Sequence record: ON286972
DNA: 64,000 bases
Origin: Escherichia phage A4
Direction: 5' to 3' (one strand)
The notes beneath the pieces are model-generated. The model saw only the letters and a program-made list of their open reading frames with translations. It did no database searches and was not told the origin of the DNA. The position numbers were made by a program, and so were the translations under genes. Shown piece after piece: positions 8,249 to 16,840 of this stretch; position 1 is the first letter of the stretch, and each line of letters opens with the position of its first letter.

Positions 8249-8860
8249 ATGAAAACTATCACTACTACTACTTTCGTTATGGATTTTTCTGAATTGAACG
8301 CAGAACAAAAAACGTCAGCTATCGAACTGGTTCGGGAACGTGAAAAAAACTCAAACGACAATTATTTTTCTGAAAGTGAAATTGAATACTATAAAGAAAC
8401 AGTACTACCGGAATATGGCATTAATGACGCTGAAATACAATTCAGTGGTTTTTGGTCCCAGGGTGACGGTGCATCAATCAGTACTGACCACGTTGACGCA
8501 GTGAAGTTTTTACGCAAGGTAAGAGCATTAACTAAGTATCGCTCAATCCGTCACCTGCTGAATGAAGATGATTTGGCGATGAGTGTAAAGCGTTCGCACT
8601 CCCACTACTCGCATGAGAATACTGTAAGCGGGTACATTGAATCGGCTTACACTGATTTAACCGCAAAACAAGAAACGTTAGTTAATGAGCTTGAGGAACT
8701 ACTCACTGAAACTATTCGTGAATTATCCCGCAAGTTGTACCGTGATTTAGAGAATGCATATGAGGATCAATTCACTACTGAAAACATTACGGCACTGATT
8801 GAGGGTAACGAATATCAATTCAATGTTATTGATGGCGTAGTAGAATCAATCGAATATTAA
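8249..8860 (+). CDS. hypothetical acidic protein
   Basis: 203-aa ORF; SD GAGGG upstream; no family recognised by eye. Confidence 0.7.
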   Translation: MKTITTTTFVMDFSELNAEQKTSAIELVREREKNSNDNYFSESEIEYYKETVLPEYGINDAEIQFSGFWSQGDGASISTDHVDAVKFLRKVRALTKYRSIRHLLNEDDLAMSVKRSHSHYSHENTVSGYIESAYTDLTAKQETLVNELEELLTETIRELSRKLYRDLENAYEDQFTTENITALIEGNEYQFNVIDGVVESIEY

Positions 8861-8872
8861 TTTAAAAAGTAC

Positions 8873-8932
8873 TTGCATTGTAGTTAGATTAACGTATAAT
8901 ACTTTACATCGAGGCGGGGAATGGTTCCCGCC
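8873..8932 (+). promoter_or_regulatory. class A promoter plus 5'-UTR hairpin
   Basis: TTGCAT 8873-8878, TATAAT 8895-8900; hairpin GGCGGGGAATGGTTCCCGCC 8913-8932. Confidence 0.6.
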
Positions 8933-8950
8933 TTTACTGAGGGTTATCTA

Positions 8951-9232
8951 ATGAGCAAAGTAATTAACTATACAGTGTTAAGCAAGTCATTGTCTATTAG
9001 CCAATGTACTGATGGTTATTGGCTTTATGATGAAACGCGTGGCATGAATTTAGCTATGCAGGAGAAAACTACTGATGCGGCATATCTTAAAGCACTGGAA
9101 TACTACCAGAAGCGTTTAAAGGAAGTAGAAAACGATTATAATAACCTGAAAGCGAAAGTAGATAATTTCGTTGGTCAATTCGTTGACGATGACGAGGGGC
9201 ACTACTGCGACCGTTGCGGATCTTACAGTTAA
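8951..9232 (+). CDS. hypothetical protein
   Basis: ATG 8951 after GAGGG SD; ORF-track start 8921 lies in the leader hairpin. Confidence 0.65.
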   Translation: MSKVINYTVLSKSLSISQCTDGYWLYDETRGMNLAMQEKTTDAAYLKALEYYQKRLKEVENDYNNLKAKVDNFVGQFVDDDEGHYCDRCGSYS

Positions 9233-9249
9233 GTACTGAGGATTATCTA

Positions 9250-9453
9250 ATGAGTGATTTAATTGAACGTATCAAAGAGCTTGAAGAAAAAGAATTGCAG
9301 TTAATCGGCTTACAGAATAAAATCTATCATGATTTGGGGAGTTTTATCAATGCTTGGGATAGTGGCGATCCTGATGCGTTACCTGCTAACCGCCAGGCGA
9401 TGATCAATGATGTGCGTAGTGTCTTTGAGTATGTTTTAAAGCAATTAAATTAA
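9250..9453 (+). CDS. hypothetical protein
   Basis: ATG 9250 with GAGGA SD 8 nt upstream; no own promoter, likely co-transcribed. Confidence 0.6.
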   Translation: MSDLIERIKELEEKELQLIGLQNKIYHDLGSFINAWDSGDPDALPANRQAMINDVRSVFEYVLKQLN

Positions 9454-9462
9454 AAAAAGTAC

Positions 9463-9490
9463 TTGCAATTAGTTTTTAGTACTGTATAAT
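9463..9490 (+). promoter_or_regulatory. class A promoter
   Basis: TTGCAA 9463-9468, AGTACTG then TATAAT 9485-9490; G-rich hairpin follows. Confidence 0.55.
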
Positions 9491-9541
9491 GGTTTACATA
9501 GAGGGGGGGAAATGGTTCTCCCTGGTAATGAGGAAAATACA

Positions 9542-9763
9542 ATGGCTAATATCACTACTCTTTCCCAACTGGAAGCACTGGTTAAATCTATGCGGGAACA
9601 TGCCGACAATATCGGCGTAAAAGATCCAGCCGTTTGCTTCTGCGACGAATTGAATGATGATACCCTGGTAATAGCAGAAGTCCAGGACGTTTCTAACTAT
9701 TCCTCGCGTTACACTGGCGGTGTAGCAAATAAAGGTGACTTCTGTTTATACCTTACAAAATAA
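9542..9763 (+). CDS. hypothetical protein
   Basis: ATG 9542 after GAGGAAAA SD. Confidence 0.65.
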   Translation: MANITTLSQLEALVKSMREHADNIGVKDPAVCFCDELNDDTLVIAEVQDVSNYSSRYTGGVANKGDFCLYLTK

Positions 9764-9766
9764 CAA

Positions 9767-9798
9767 CGCGGGGAGATAATAACTCCCCGTTACTTTTT
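9767..9798 (+). terminator. rho-independent terminator
   Basis: Stem CGGGGAG/CTCCCCG with 7-nt loop, then TTTTT. Confidence 0.6.
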
Positions 9799-9829
9799 CA
9801 GTACTGAATCATTTAATAGACGGATCTCG

Positions 9830-9885
9830 GCACCCGGTGGGTTAGTGACTGTTTCGTCTTGATGTAGTAATTATGCCAGTACTGG
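9830..9885. repeat. 56-bp dispersed repeat, copy 2
   Basis: gcacccggtgggttag...cttgatgtagtaattatgccagtactgg; weaker relatives near 5745 and 7963. Confidence 0.55.
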
Positions 9886-9931
9886 ATGCACTTGTCAACA
9901 ATTATTTTTCAAATACTTTTTATTAAAATAC

Positions 9932-9959
9932 TTGCAATTAGTTTTTAAACGCGTATAAT
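9932..9959 (+). promoter_or_regulatory. class A promoter
   Basis: TTGCAA 9932-9937, TATAAT 9954-9959; GGGGGAGCGGTTCCCC hairpin follows. Confidence 0.55.
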
Positions 9960-10006
9960 GTTTTGCATAGGGGGAGCGGTTCCCCTGGTAACTAAGGAAT
10001 AAGAAA

Positions 10007-10243
10007 ATGGTCGAACAAATCAAATCAACGTCTTCGAATGTAACGGGAACGGTAGCACACTTTACTAGTGATGAATCGCGGGGCGTTCCCTATTGTGCTG
10101 TACATGTAAACACTGAGGGTAACTACTGGTTTACGGTTTACGGATCATATTCATTTGGACGGCCAGGGCATCAAAAAATTCTGGATAAAGTACAGCCAAC
10201 GGGTAAAAATATCACTGCTGAAATGTTTTATAAAAAATCATAA
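10007..10243 (+). CDS. hypothetical protein
   Basis: 78-aa ORF; SD TAAGGAA. Confidence 0.7.
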   Translation: MVEQIKSTSSNVTGTVAHFTSDESRGVPYCAVHVNTEGNYWFTVYGSYSFGRPGHQKILDKVQPTGKNITAEMFYKKS

Positions 10244-10328
10244 AGTACTTGATAATAGTTTTTAGTACTGTATAATATTTTACATCGCAAGGGGGGAGCG
10301 GTTCCCCCTGGTAACTAAGGATAATCAA

Positions 10329-10628
10329 ATGAAAATTGCAATCATCGCCCTGGCTTTATCTGTTTCCTCTTTCGCTGTTAATGCGTCGTTAGATGTAAGT
10401 AGTGAAAAATTCATTCAGTGCACCGTAGCAATGACAGATGAAAGTACTGGCGAGATTGTTTTAAAGGATTTAGAGATCCAGCCAGAAGCATTTAAAAACG
10501 GGCCGTTCCATGAAGAAGACGAAAAAGGTAGCACGACAATTTATTACGATGCAAGTACTAAACGCGGTTCGGTCACTGTTATGGATACTGAGAAAGTAAC
10601 TCATACTGGCGTTATTAATTGCCGTTGA
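10329..10628 (+). CDS. small secreted/periplasmic protein (predicted signal peptide)
   Basis: N-term MKIAIIALALSVSSFAVNA has positive-hydrophobic-AxA signal-peptide shape. Confidence 0.65.
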   Translation: MKIAIIALALSVSSFAVNASLDVSSEKFIQCTVAMTDESTGEIVLKDLEIQPEAFKNGPFHEEDEKGSTTIYYDASTKRGSVTVMDTEKVTHTGVINCR

Positions 10629-10649
10629 TAGATACTACGGGGTAACATC

Positions 10650-10880
10650 ATGACTAAGCGAATTGTTTTACTTAACGAAAGCAGTACTACACAACTACTT
10701 AACGCCGTGCATTATGATATTGAAACGAGCGTTAATCTTATCAGTACTGTAGTACTGTTGGACACTGGAAAGGTCGCCAATGATAAAGCGATTGCAGGTA
10801 TACTAACGGATCTTGAGCCTGGTAGCAGTGCACCAATAACGTTAAATGGTAAAGTGTTTAACATTTTACTTACTGATTAA
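10650..10880 (+). CDS. hypothetical protein
   Basis: 76-aa ORF 20 nt after previous stop. Confidence 0.6.
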   Translation: MTKRIVLLNESSTTQLLNAVHYDIETSVNLISTVVLLDTGKVANDKAIAGILTDLEPGSSAPITLNGKVFNILLTD

Positions 10881-10886
10881 GTACAT

Positions 10887-10909
10887 AGCCCACCTGGTGG
10901 GCTTTTTTG
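10887..10909 (+). terminator. rho-independent terminator
   Basis: Stem AGCCCAC/GTGGGCT, loop CTG, then TTTTTT. Confidence 0.7.
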
Positions 10910-10962
10910 TTTTTGTAGTATCGTAGTACTGAGATACTTTGAAAATAGTTTTAAAAAAGTAG

Positions 10963-10990
10963 TTGACATTACCGCAGAAAAGCGTAGAAT
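10963..10990 (+). promoter_or_regulatory. sigma70-like promoter
   Basis: TTGACA 10963-10968, 16-bp spacer, TAGAAT 10985-10990. Confidence 0.5.
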
Positions 10991-11113
10991 GTATTACATC
11001 AAGACGGGGAGCACTAAGTAGACCGCCAGTAAGTCGAACGAAAAACTGGACACGTCGAGAAAACTTTGATACACTAATAAACGTAAACTAAACTTTAATT
11101 GAGGATTTATAAA

Positions 11114-11596
11114 ATGGCTAATGTAAAATCATTCATCAAAGCACTGGTAGCAAATGAAACTAACGTAGCGGCAGAGATCCTGGCTGAACTGGATAACGAT
11201 ACCATGAAAGCGGTACGCAATAATTTTAACATCGCTTACAGTACTGCGAAAGAACTACAAGCAAATAAAGCGGCGGCACTTGAAGCTGAGAAGGCAGCAC
11301 GCGAAGCAGAATTGCAGAAAACGATTGAAGATATTAACGCCGCCGTCGCTGGGCTTGATCTGGAAGTAGTTACCGAAATGGCACGTAAAGCCCTGGCAGC
11401 GAAATACGGGGAAGACAAGCCAGAAGTAAAAGCTAAAAAATGGATTCAAGAACGTGTGACGGTTGTACTGGATAATGGCGAGGAATACACTGTACCAGTA
11501 CGCGGTAACTGCATTGCCGTAGTACTGGATGCTATCAAAGAAAGCGGTTTGACCCGTGAGGAATGGATCGAAGCTCATCGCAAAGTTGAAGCATAA
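11114..11596 (+). CDS. hypothetical Ala-rich protein
   Basis: ATG 11114 after GAGGA SD; 160 aa. Confidence 0.7.
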   Translation: MANVKSFIKALVANETNVAAEILAELDNDTMKAVRNNFNIAYSTAKELQANKAAALEAEKAAREAELQKTIEDINAAVAGLDLEVVTEMARKALAAKYGEDKPEVKAKKWIQERVTVVLDNGEEYTVPVRGNCIAVVLDAIKESGLTREEWIEAHRKVEA

Positions 11597-11617
11597 CAAT
11601 TAAAGTACTGAATCACT

Positions 11618-11645
11618 AGCCCACCTTAAACAGTGGGCTTTTTTG
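11618..11645 (+). terminator. rho-independent terminator
   Basis: Stem AGCCCAC/GTGGGCT, 8-nt loop, then TTTTT. Confidence 0.7.
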
Positions 11646-11798
11646 TGTCTATAGTATTCCAGTCCACTAGCACCGCCTAGAATCGATTCTAACGCATTAA
11701 ACTGATTATCTGATGTATCGCCCTAGCTGGTGGCGTTAAGGTCGTTAGAACGCGATTGAGGGCGATTAAAGTATTTTATAAAAACTAATAAAAAGTAC

Positions 11799-11826
11799 TT
11801 GCACGATTAAGAGATTAGCGTATAAT
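11799..11826 (+). promoter_or_regulatory. class A promoter
   Basis: AGTACTTGCAC -35 region, TATAAT 11821-11826. Confidence 0.5.
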
Positions 11827-11871
11827 TAATTACATCAAGGCGAGACACCTTAACTAACTGAGGATATAAAG

Positions 11872-12024
11872 ATGAATACTTATGAACTGGATTGTTTCAC
11901 TTTACAAGTAATGTCAGTATGCAGCAAGAAAGATTGGTCATCAAAGGAATTTAAAGCAGTTATCGCGTGTGCAAAACACGGCAAGACTATCAATGAAACG
12001 GCATCAATCATTGATAAACTTTAA
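11872..12024 (+). CDS. hypothetical small protein (50 aa)
   Basis: Hand-translated MNTYELDCFTLQV...; SD TGAGGA upstream. Confidence 0.5.
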   Translation: MNTYELDCFTLQVMSVCSKKDWSSKEFKAVIACAKHGKTINETASIIDKL

Positions 12025-12032
12025 AAAATAGT

Positions 12033-12061
12033 TTGACAATAGTTTTAAGTACTGACATAAT
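12033..12061 (+). promoter_or_regulatory. sigma70-like promoter
   Basis: TTGACA 12033-12038, 17-bp spacer with AGTACTG, CATAAT 12056-12061. Confidence 0.55.
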
Positions 12062-12094
12062 ACATACATCAACTACTGAATAGGAATCAAAACA

Positions 12095-12322
12095 ATGGCT
12101 ATCGTAATCACTCGCGTAACTGGTACTACTGGCACTGCTTCAACTGTTGCTGTAATTACTAATAAGAAAGGTGCGGAATTACATTTTGCAATGAATACCT
12201 GGGCGGTGAATGAGTTCGGTCAGTGGGCAAGTGTAGAATACATTGAAACCTATCAAGTGCCATCGATTAGCTTAACTGATTTAGGTGTAGAACGTATCCT
12301 TTGCCTGGATGAATTAAATTAA
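12095..12322 (+). CDS. hypothetical protein
   Basis: 75-aa ORF; SD AGGAA. Confidence 0.7.
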   Translation: MAIVITRVTGTTGTASTVAVITNKKGAELHFAMNTWAVNEFGQWASVEYIETYQVPSISLTDLGVERILCLDELN

Positions 12323-12330
12323 AAAAGTAC

Positions 12331-12358
12331 TTGCAAAGTAAATCGGATAAAGTATAAT
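12331..12358 (+). promoter_or_regulatory. class A promoter plus hairpin
   Basis: TTGCAA 12331-12336, TATAAT 12353-12358; hairpin GGGGAGAAATGATTCTCCCC follows. Confidence 0.55.
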
Positions 12359-12408
12359 ACATTACATCAAGGGGAGAAATGATTCTCCCCACTAAGAGGA
12401 AACTAAAA

Positions 12409-12552
12409 ATGAAAACTTGTCAATGTGGTAAAAAATCTATTACTGGTTTAAAGCGGGGCGTTGCTCTTTGCCAGTATCATTATAATGCTCAAGTATGGGG
12501 TAAAGAGTGGGCCGACCAGGTTGAAGCATCAAAGAAAGCAAAAAGTAAGTAA
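12409..12552 (+). CDS. small Cys-rich protein (47 aa), possible zinc ribbon
   Basis: Hand-translated MKTCQCGKK...CQYHYNAQ; CxC...CxxH spacing. Confidence 0.5.
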   Translation: MKTCQCGKKSITGLKRGVALCQYHYNAQVWGKEWADQVEASKKAKSK

Positions 12553-12571
12553 AAATATTATCACAGTACTA

Positions 12572-12600
12572 TTGACATAGTTTGATAGTACTGGCATAAT
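12572..12600 (+). promoter_or_regulatory. class B promoter flanked by inverted AGTACT half-sites
   Basis: CAGTACTAT-TTGACA-17 bp-CATAAT, with ATAGTACTG inside the spacer. Confidence 0.6.
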
Positions 12601-12633
12601 AGATTTTATCAAGACAACTAAGAGGAAACAAAA

Positions 12634-12846
12634 ATGGCTATCATTACTAAAATCAAAGTAAACAAAACACTGGTTAAGCTGGAACAAGTGAAAGCAGGTT
12701 ATAAAGTATCTTGGTGCGGTATGTATCGGACGTTCGCAGAGGTTGACGATGCAATCAAGTACTACACTGATACGGTTGCTAACTTTGTTCGTGCTGATGT
12801 AGTAATGGCAGTGGCAACACATAAAGCAGCGAAAGAAAGTAAGTAA
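12634..12846 (+). CDS. hypothetical protein
   Basis: 70-aa ORF; SD AGAGGAAA. Confidence 0.7.
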   Translation: MAIITKIKVNKTLVKLEQVKAGYKVSWCGMYRTFAEVDDAIKYYTDTVANFVRADVVMAVATHKAAKESK

Positions 12847-12865
12847 AATTATTATCACAGTACTA

Positions 12866-12894
12866 TTGACATAGATTGATAGTACTGGCATAAT
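12866..12894 (+). promoter_or_regulatory. class B promoter
   Basis: Near-identical copy of the 12572 cassette. Confidence 0.6.
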
Positions 12895-12937
12895 AGATTT
12901 TATCAAAACAACACATATTAATTTAAGGAATACTAAA

Positions 12938-13282
12938 ATGGCTAACATCAACACTATCGCATCACAAAATATCAACCTGTCTTCTGTTGAAGTTGTACAT
13001 ATTGCCGCTCGGCGTTGGTTCCAGGCTTCATATGGTAACACTTATTTCTCTTTAAGTGTAGACGTTGAAATTGATGGTAATTTTATTGAAGTAGTAAACG
13101 TGCCGTTCCAATATGGATACGGGGATCACTTTGACACTGTAGCAATGGAAGAATTTAGCAAGGTTATTAATATGGAAGGTAAAGAGTTTTTACGCGGTTC
13201 TTATCTTTCCCGTTTTTGCCGTGACAATAATATCACTGTTTACAGTTCGGTAACTGATGTTAAACGCAAAAAAGATCTTTAA
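12938..13282 (+). CDS. hypothetical protein, paralog of gene at 18785
   Basis: 114 aa; shares GNTY...YGYG and C-terminal DVKRKKD with 18785..19108. Confidence 0.7.
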   Translation: MANINTIASQNINLSSVEVVHIAARRWFQASYGNTYFSLSVDVEIDGNFIEVVNVPFQYGYGDHFDTVAMEEFSKVINMEGKEFLRGSYLSRFCRDNNITVYSSVTDVKRKKDL

Positions 13283-13362
13283 TTAGCTTTACTTTATGCA
13301 GATACTTTGATATAGTGTCTGCATAGGGGAAAGAAATTAAATTAACTTAAGAGGATAGTATA

Positions 13363-13632
13363 ATGAAAAATATCAGTACTTTAATCGATGCAGGTACGCA
13401 TGTTCGTCGGTCTATGGTTGCAACCAGCACTACAAAACAAGTAGCAAGCGGTTATCTTGTATTTGTACACGATGGAAAACTCCTGGAACGTTCAATCAAT
13501 TTTGATGTTAAGAACAATTGTCGTTTTATTATCTTTAAGCGTGAGCAATATAAAATTGATTTACCAGCGAAGCCCATTAGCGGGGCGTACAACGTGCAAT
13601 CATTGTTTGAGCGTCAACCATACACCTATTAA
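13363..13632 (+). CDS. hypothetical protein
   Basis: 89-aa ORF; SD AAGAGGA. Confidence 0.65.
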   Translation: MKNISTLIDAGTHVRRSMVATSTTKQVASGYLVFVHDGKLLERSINFDVKNNCRFIIFKREQYKIDLPAKPISGAYNVQSLFERQPYTY

Positions 13633-13683
13633 TCAAAACAACGTTAGCGGTTGATTTGGGCCGCTAATTTTGAGGATAATACT

Positions 13684-13854
13684 ATGAATGTTAATCAAGT
13701 ACTAAATGAAGTTGAAAGCATCATTAAACCAATGAAACGTATTGATGCTATTCCTACGCCGGAAGAATGCAGACTATACGAACAATACAGCGTAGAACAA
13801 GCCCAGGCGATGGCCCGTATCCGTCCGGTTGCTAGTACTGATAAGGCGGCGTAA
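13684..13854 (+). CDS. hypothetical small protein
   Basis: ATG 13684 after GAGGA SD. Confidence 0.55.
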   Translation: MNVNQVLNEVESIIKPMKRIDAIPTPEECRLYEQYSVEQAQAMARIRPVASTDKAA

Positions 13855-13897
13855 TATTCTTACTGTACAGGATAAGATCGACATCTTAAAGGTTAAT

Positions 13898-14065
13898 ATG
13901 TATGTGATTGATGCCGTACCTGGTAAAGTATTTGCATACGATGATTCTAATCGCAGTCCTTTCTATTGTAGTCATGTAGTTGGATACGTGCCGTTAGCGT
14001 ATGTTATTGAAAGAGTGGTTGATGCAGCATACAATCATTTTTTAGAAAATAATACTTGCAATTAG
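13898..14065 (+). CDS. hypothetical small protein
   Basis: ATG 13898 after AAAGG. Confidence 0.5.
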   Translation: MYVIDAVPGKVFAYDDSNRSPFYCSHVVGYVPLAYVIERVVDAAYNHFLENNTCN

Positions 14066-14083
14066 TTTTTAGTACTGTATAAT
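14056..14083 (+). promoter_or_regulatory. class A promoter
   Basis: TTGCAA 14056-14061, TATAAT 14078-14083. Confidence 0.55.
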
Positions 14084-14137
14084 GTTTTACATCGAGGGGG
14101 GGGGAAATGGTTCTCCCCACTAATTAAGGAATATGAA

Positions 14138-14284
14138 ATGAAAGCATCAAAAAAGAGTAATACTAAGAAAGCATGTTCACCTTTCGCTGGGGTATTCCCT
14201 TTACGTTTCGTTGATGAAGTGGTTTCCTACCCGCCGGGCCTTACTCCTGAGATGGTAGAAAGTTTGCGTAAATCTAAAAAATAG
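14138..14284 (+). CDS. hypothetical small basic protein (48 aa)
   Basis: Hand-translated MKASKKSNTKKACSPFAG...; SD TAAGGAA. Confidence 0.5.
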   Translation: MKASKKSNTKKACSPFAGVFPLRFVDEVVSYPPGLTPEMVESLRKSKK

Positions 14285-14287
14285 TAC

Positions 14288-14315
14288 TTGCAATTAGTTT
14301 TTAGTACTGTATAAT
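14288..14315 (+). promoter_or_regulatory. class A promoter
   Basis: TTGCAA 14288-14293, TATAAT 14310-14315; GCGGGAACTATTCCCGC hairpin follows. Confidence 0.55.
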
Positions 14316-14369
14316 GTTTTACATCGAGTGCGGGAACTATTCCCGCCTAACTCAAAGAGAGAAAATATA

Positions 14370-14612
14370 ATGGAAACCATTTTAATCAAAGACACTGCTA
14401 CTACTGTAACTTATGATAATGATTGTATTATCCCTGGCACTGATTACGGCGAACGTGTACCCGTTCAAGTCGAGATTGATACTACATACATTGACCAGGC
14501 TGAAAAGTGTATCACTATTGTTATTGGTGAATATCGTTTTCTACCAGAAGAGATCCAAAAATGGCAGTATATGATTGACCGTGCGAAATTAGTCGCACAA
14601 AGTTTAAAATAA
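14370..14612 (+). CDS. hypothetical protein
   Basis: ATG 14370 after AAAGAGAGA SD. Confidence 0.65.
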   Translation: METILIKDTATTVTYDNDCIIPGTDYGERVPVQVEIDTTYIDQAEKCITIVIGEYRFLPEEIQKWQYMIDRAKLVAQSLK

Positions 14613-14693
14613 TACTTGCAATTAGTTTTCAGTACTGTATAATGTTTTACATAGAGGGGGGAAATGGTTCTCCCCGATACTAGGAGAATCAAA

Positions 14694-14846
14694 ATGAAAC
14701 AATATAATGCTCGGTTTGATGTTACTATCGGCAACGGCAAAGGTCAATTTTCTTTCAGTACTCGCCGCAGTTATACAGAAAACTTCCTGCGTAATTGTGC
14801 ATTGACCGCCGCACAAATTAAACATTACTTCCAGGCTAAAAAATGA
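14694..14846 (+). CDS. hypothetical small protein
   Basis: ATG 14694 after TAGGAGA SD. Confidence 0.6.
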   Translation: MKQYNARFDVTIGNGKGQFSFSTRRSYTENFLRNCALTAAQIKHYFQAKK

Positions 14847-14932
14847 AATCATTGGCTTATTACAGTTCGGCGGTGATCGGTGCATTGATCGCGGCATTGT
14901 TAGTAACCTATCTATTCTTTATGGTGATTTAA
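14843..14932 (+). CDS. 29-aa hydrophobic peptide (single predicted TM helix)
   Basis: ATGA overlap with upstream stop; MKSLAYYSSAVIGALIAALLVTYLFFMVI. Confidence 0.45.
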   Translation: MKSLAYYSSAVIGALIAALLVTYLFFMVI

Positions 14933-15070
14933 ATGAATCCTAACGGTTTAATTTACAGTACTCCTAAAACGAAAGCAGATAAAGCGAAAGCACGTAAAGC
15001 GAAAGTAAAGGAGTACATCAAGCAAGGCATGACGCGAAAAGCAGCAGTACTAAAAGCTAAAAATAAATGA
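14933..15070 (+). CDS. hypothetical small Lys-rich protein (45 aa)
   Basis: ATG immediately after TAA of the upstream peptide; MNPNGLIYSTPKTKADKAKARKAK... Confidence 0.45.
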   Translation: MNPNGLIYSTPKTKADKAKARKAKVKEYIKQGMTRKAAVLKAKNK

Positions 15071-15155
15071 AAAAAGTGGTTGACTTCGGTCAGCCATTTT
15101 GCTATTATATATTCATTGAGAGATAGCTCACTAGCCCACAGGGTGCGGAAGTGTA
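15071..15155 (+). repeat. composite hairpin/promoter/conserved-box module, copy 1
   Basis: A-run, hairpin with TTGACT -35 in its arm, 17 bp, TATTAT; then box AGCCCACAGGGTGCGGAAGTGTA. Confidence 0.55.
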
Positions 15156-15189
15156 AATAAAATATATCAATCTAATAAGGAGTACTACA

Positions 15190-15372
15190 ATGTTTAAACC
15201 AATCGAACTAGCGGCATCACATATCATCGGTAAACCTGCCGTTATCATACGCCAGGAAGACGTAAACCTATGGATCATCTATCTAGACATGAAAGAGATT
15301 GAGCGTCACGATGATTTCAAATCAGCGTCAATTGCGTATGATATGGCGTTATGTGAGTATCAAAGAGATTAA
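15190..15372 (+). CDS. hypothetical protein
   Basis: 60-aa ORF; SD TAAGGAG. Confidence 0.65.
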   Translation: MFKPIELAASHIIGKPAVIIRQEDVNLWIIYLDMKEIERHDDFKSASIAYDMALCEYQRD

Positions 15373-15392
15373 AAGTATTTTGCAAAAAGTAC

Positions 15393-15420
15393 TTGCATTG
15401 TACTTAGAATCAAGTATAAT
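15393..15420 (+). promoter_or_regulatory. class A promoter
   Basis: TTGCAT 15393-15398, TATAAT 15415-15420; GGGGAAACGGTTTCCCC hairpin follows. Confidence 0.55.
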
Positions 15421-15472
15421 GTTTTACATAGCAAGGGGAAACGGTTTCCCCTGGTAACTAAGGAAACATATC

Positions 15473-15814
15473 ATGACTATTGCAATTGCTCAATCTAACT
15501 TTGAAAACGAATTCATCGCTCAGGCACTGCGTTTAAATGATGGTCGGGCCGAAATCAATTACGGTTTCAATTCAGGCGGTTGTGAAAACTATCAGTACTT
15601 TATAACTGCTGATGGCGGTGTCCTGGGTATCAATACAGTTATTGTAAACATTCAGAAAATTAATTTCAATGATCCAGACGATAGCCAGTTTTACATTGTA
15701 GGCGTTGACGTGAACTATGAGGATGACTCACTAACTGATGATTGCACTGGAGAGAAGTTAGAAAGTGCATACGGTGAAGATGATTATCAGTCCGGTCCAG
15801 AAGATTTCGAATAA
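15473..15814 (+). CDS. hypothetical acidic protein
   Basis: 113-aa ORF; SD TAAGGAAA. Confidence 0.7.
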   Translation: MTIAIAQSNFENEFIAQALRLNDGRAEINYGFNSGGCENYQYFITADGGVLGINTVIVNIQKINFNDPDDSQFYIVGVDVNYEDDSLTDDCTGEKLESAYGEDDYQSGPEDFE

Positions 15815-15827
15815 TATTAAAAAATAG

Positions 15828-15855
15828 TTTGACAATAGATTATAGTACTGTATAA
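15828..15855 (+). promoter_or_regulatory. sigma70-like promoter
   Basis: TTGACA 15828-15833, TATAAT 15850-15855; hairpin GGGAAGTACCAGTACTTCCC follows. Confidence 0.55.
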
Positions 15856-15916
15856 TAGTTTACATCAAGGCACGGGAAGTACCAGTACTTCCCTACTAAC
15901 AAAGAGAGAAAACAAA

Positions 15917-16129
15917 ATGGCTAATATCCGCACTGTACTGAAAAATGCAAAACAAGTTTTATTTTCTGATCATGAAAATTTCAACAAGGATATCACAGGC
16001 GTTCGGAATATCAAAGATGTAAAAAATGTTATGGGTATCTATTGCAATATGAAACGTGTTGGTACTTTCGGCGACAAGGTACTATACCAGGCAGGGGATT
16101 ACAATTTTACACTGACTATCATTAACTAA
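15917..16129 (+). CDS. hypothetical protein
   Basis: 70-aa ORF; SD AAGAGAGA. Confidence 0.7.
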   Translation: MANIRTVLKNAKQVLFSDHENFNKDITGVRNIKDVKNVMGIYCNMKRVGTFGDKVLYQAGDYNFTLTIIN

Positions 16130-16148
16130 AAATATTATCACAGTACTA

Positions 16149-16177
16149 TTGACAAAGATTGATAGTACTGACATAAT
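16149..16177 (+). promoter_or_regulatory. class B promoter
   Basis: CAGTACTAT-TTGACA 16149-16154, CATAAT 16172-16177. Confidence 0.6.
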
Positions 16178-16220
16178 AACTTTTATCAAGACAACGCATA
16201 TTAACTTAAGGAATACTAAA

Positions 16221-16400
16221 ATGGCTATTATCGCAAAAACTGAAATCATCGGTCTGGATTCTATCATCATGACGTTTGAAGAACAAAAAGGTATGTATGT
16301 AGTTTCCTATGGTGATTATGTTCGGGAGTATGAAACGGTAGACGAAGCCTTTGAAAGTTACATTCGCCAGGTGAATAAAGCATACGACGACTACCGCTAA
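16221..16400 (+). CDS. hypothetical small protein
   Basis: ATG 16221 after TAAGGAA SD; weak resemblance to 12634 gene (MAII...). Confidence 0.6.
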   Translation: MAIIAKTEIIGLDSIIMTFEEQKGMYVVSYGDYVREYETVDEAFESYIRQVNKAYDDYR

Positions 16401-16427
16401 AATATATTACCAGTACTATTAAAGATA

Positions 16428-16455
16428 TTGACAACGTTTGATAGTACTGTATAAT
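16428..16455 (+). promoter_or_regulatory. class B-like promoter
   Basis: TTGACA 16428-16433, 16-bp spacer, TATAAT 16450-16455. Confidence 0.5.
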
Positions 16456-16499
16456 AAGTTTTATAAACAGTAGTTAACTTAACCTAAGAGAGAAACAAA

Positions 16500-16643
16500 A
16501 TGATCGCACTGGATTCATTCATCGACGCAGTACTGGCAAAAACTGGCGAAGATCTGACCGCAGAACAATACGCAATGATCGAACAATGCCAGCAAGACGG
16601 TAAATCGGTGAAAGATACTGTTAAGATTATCCGCAAGATGTAA
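16500..16643 (+). CDS. hypothetical small protein (47 aa)
   Basis: Hand-translated MIALDSFIDAVLAKTGEDL...; SD AAGAGAGA. Confidence 0.5.
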   Translation: MIALDSFIDAVLAKTGEDLTAEQYAMIEQCQQDGKSVKDTVKIIRKM

Positions 16644-16649
16644 GATTAT

Positions 16650-16680
16650 AGCCCACTGGTTAACGCTGGTGGGCTTTTTA
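16650..16680 (+). terminator. rho-independent terminator
   Basis: Stem AGCCCAC/GTGGGCT then TTTTT. Confidence 0.65.
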
Positions 16681-16763
16681 GTATATACCTATCCGATAGT
16701 ACTACAAAATAGATTAGCTCGTTAGAATGCGATTGAGAGCGTTTAAATAAGTACTAAAAAGTA

Positions 16764-16791
16764 TTGACAGTACTGAAAGATAGTGTATAAT
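16764..16791 (+). promoter_or_regulatory. sigma70-like promoter
   Basis: TTGACA 16764-16769, TATAAT 16786-16791. Confidence 0.55.
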
Positions 16792-16840
16792 GTTTTATAT
16801 CAAGGGGAGGATAACCCTTCCCAGTACTGAGGAAAACAAA

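Noticed and set aside
12529-13041. Minus-strand ORFs from the six-frame track (e.g. 12529..13041, 22450..22917, 51894..52352, 60924..61307, 39752..40165, 34939..35307)
   Set aside because: Each lies entirely antisense to plus-strand genes that have promoters, SD sites and family motifs. They have no promoter or SD of their own, and their compositions look like artefacts of AT-rich antisense frames.
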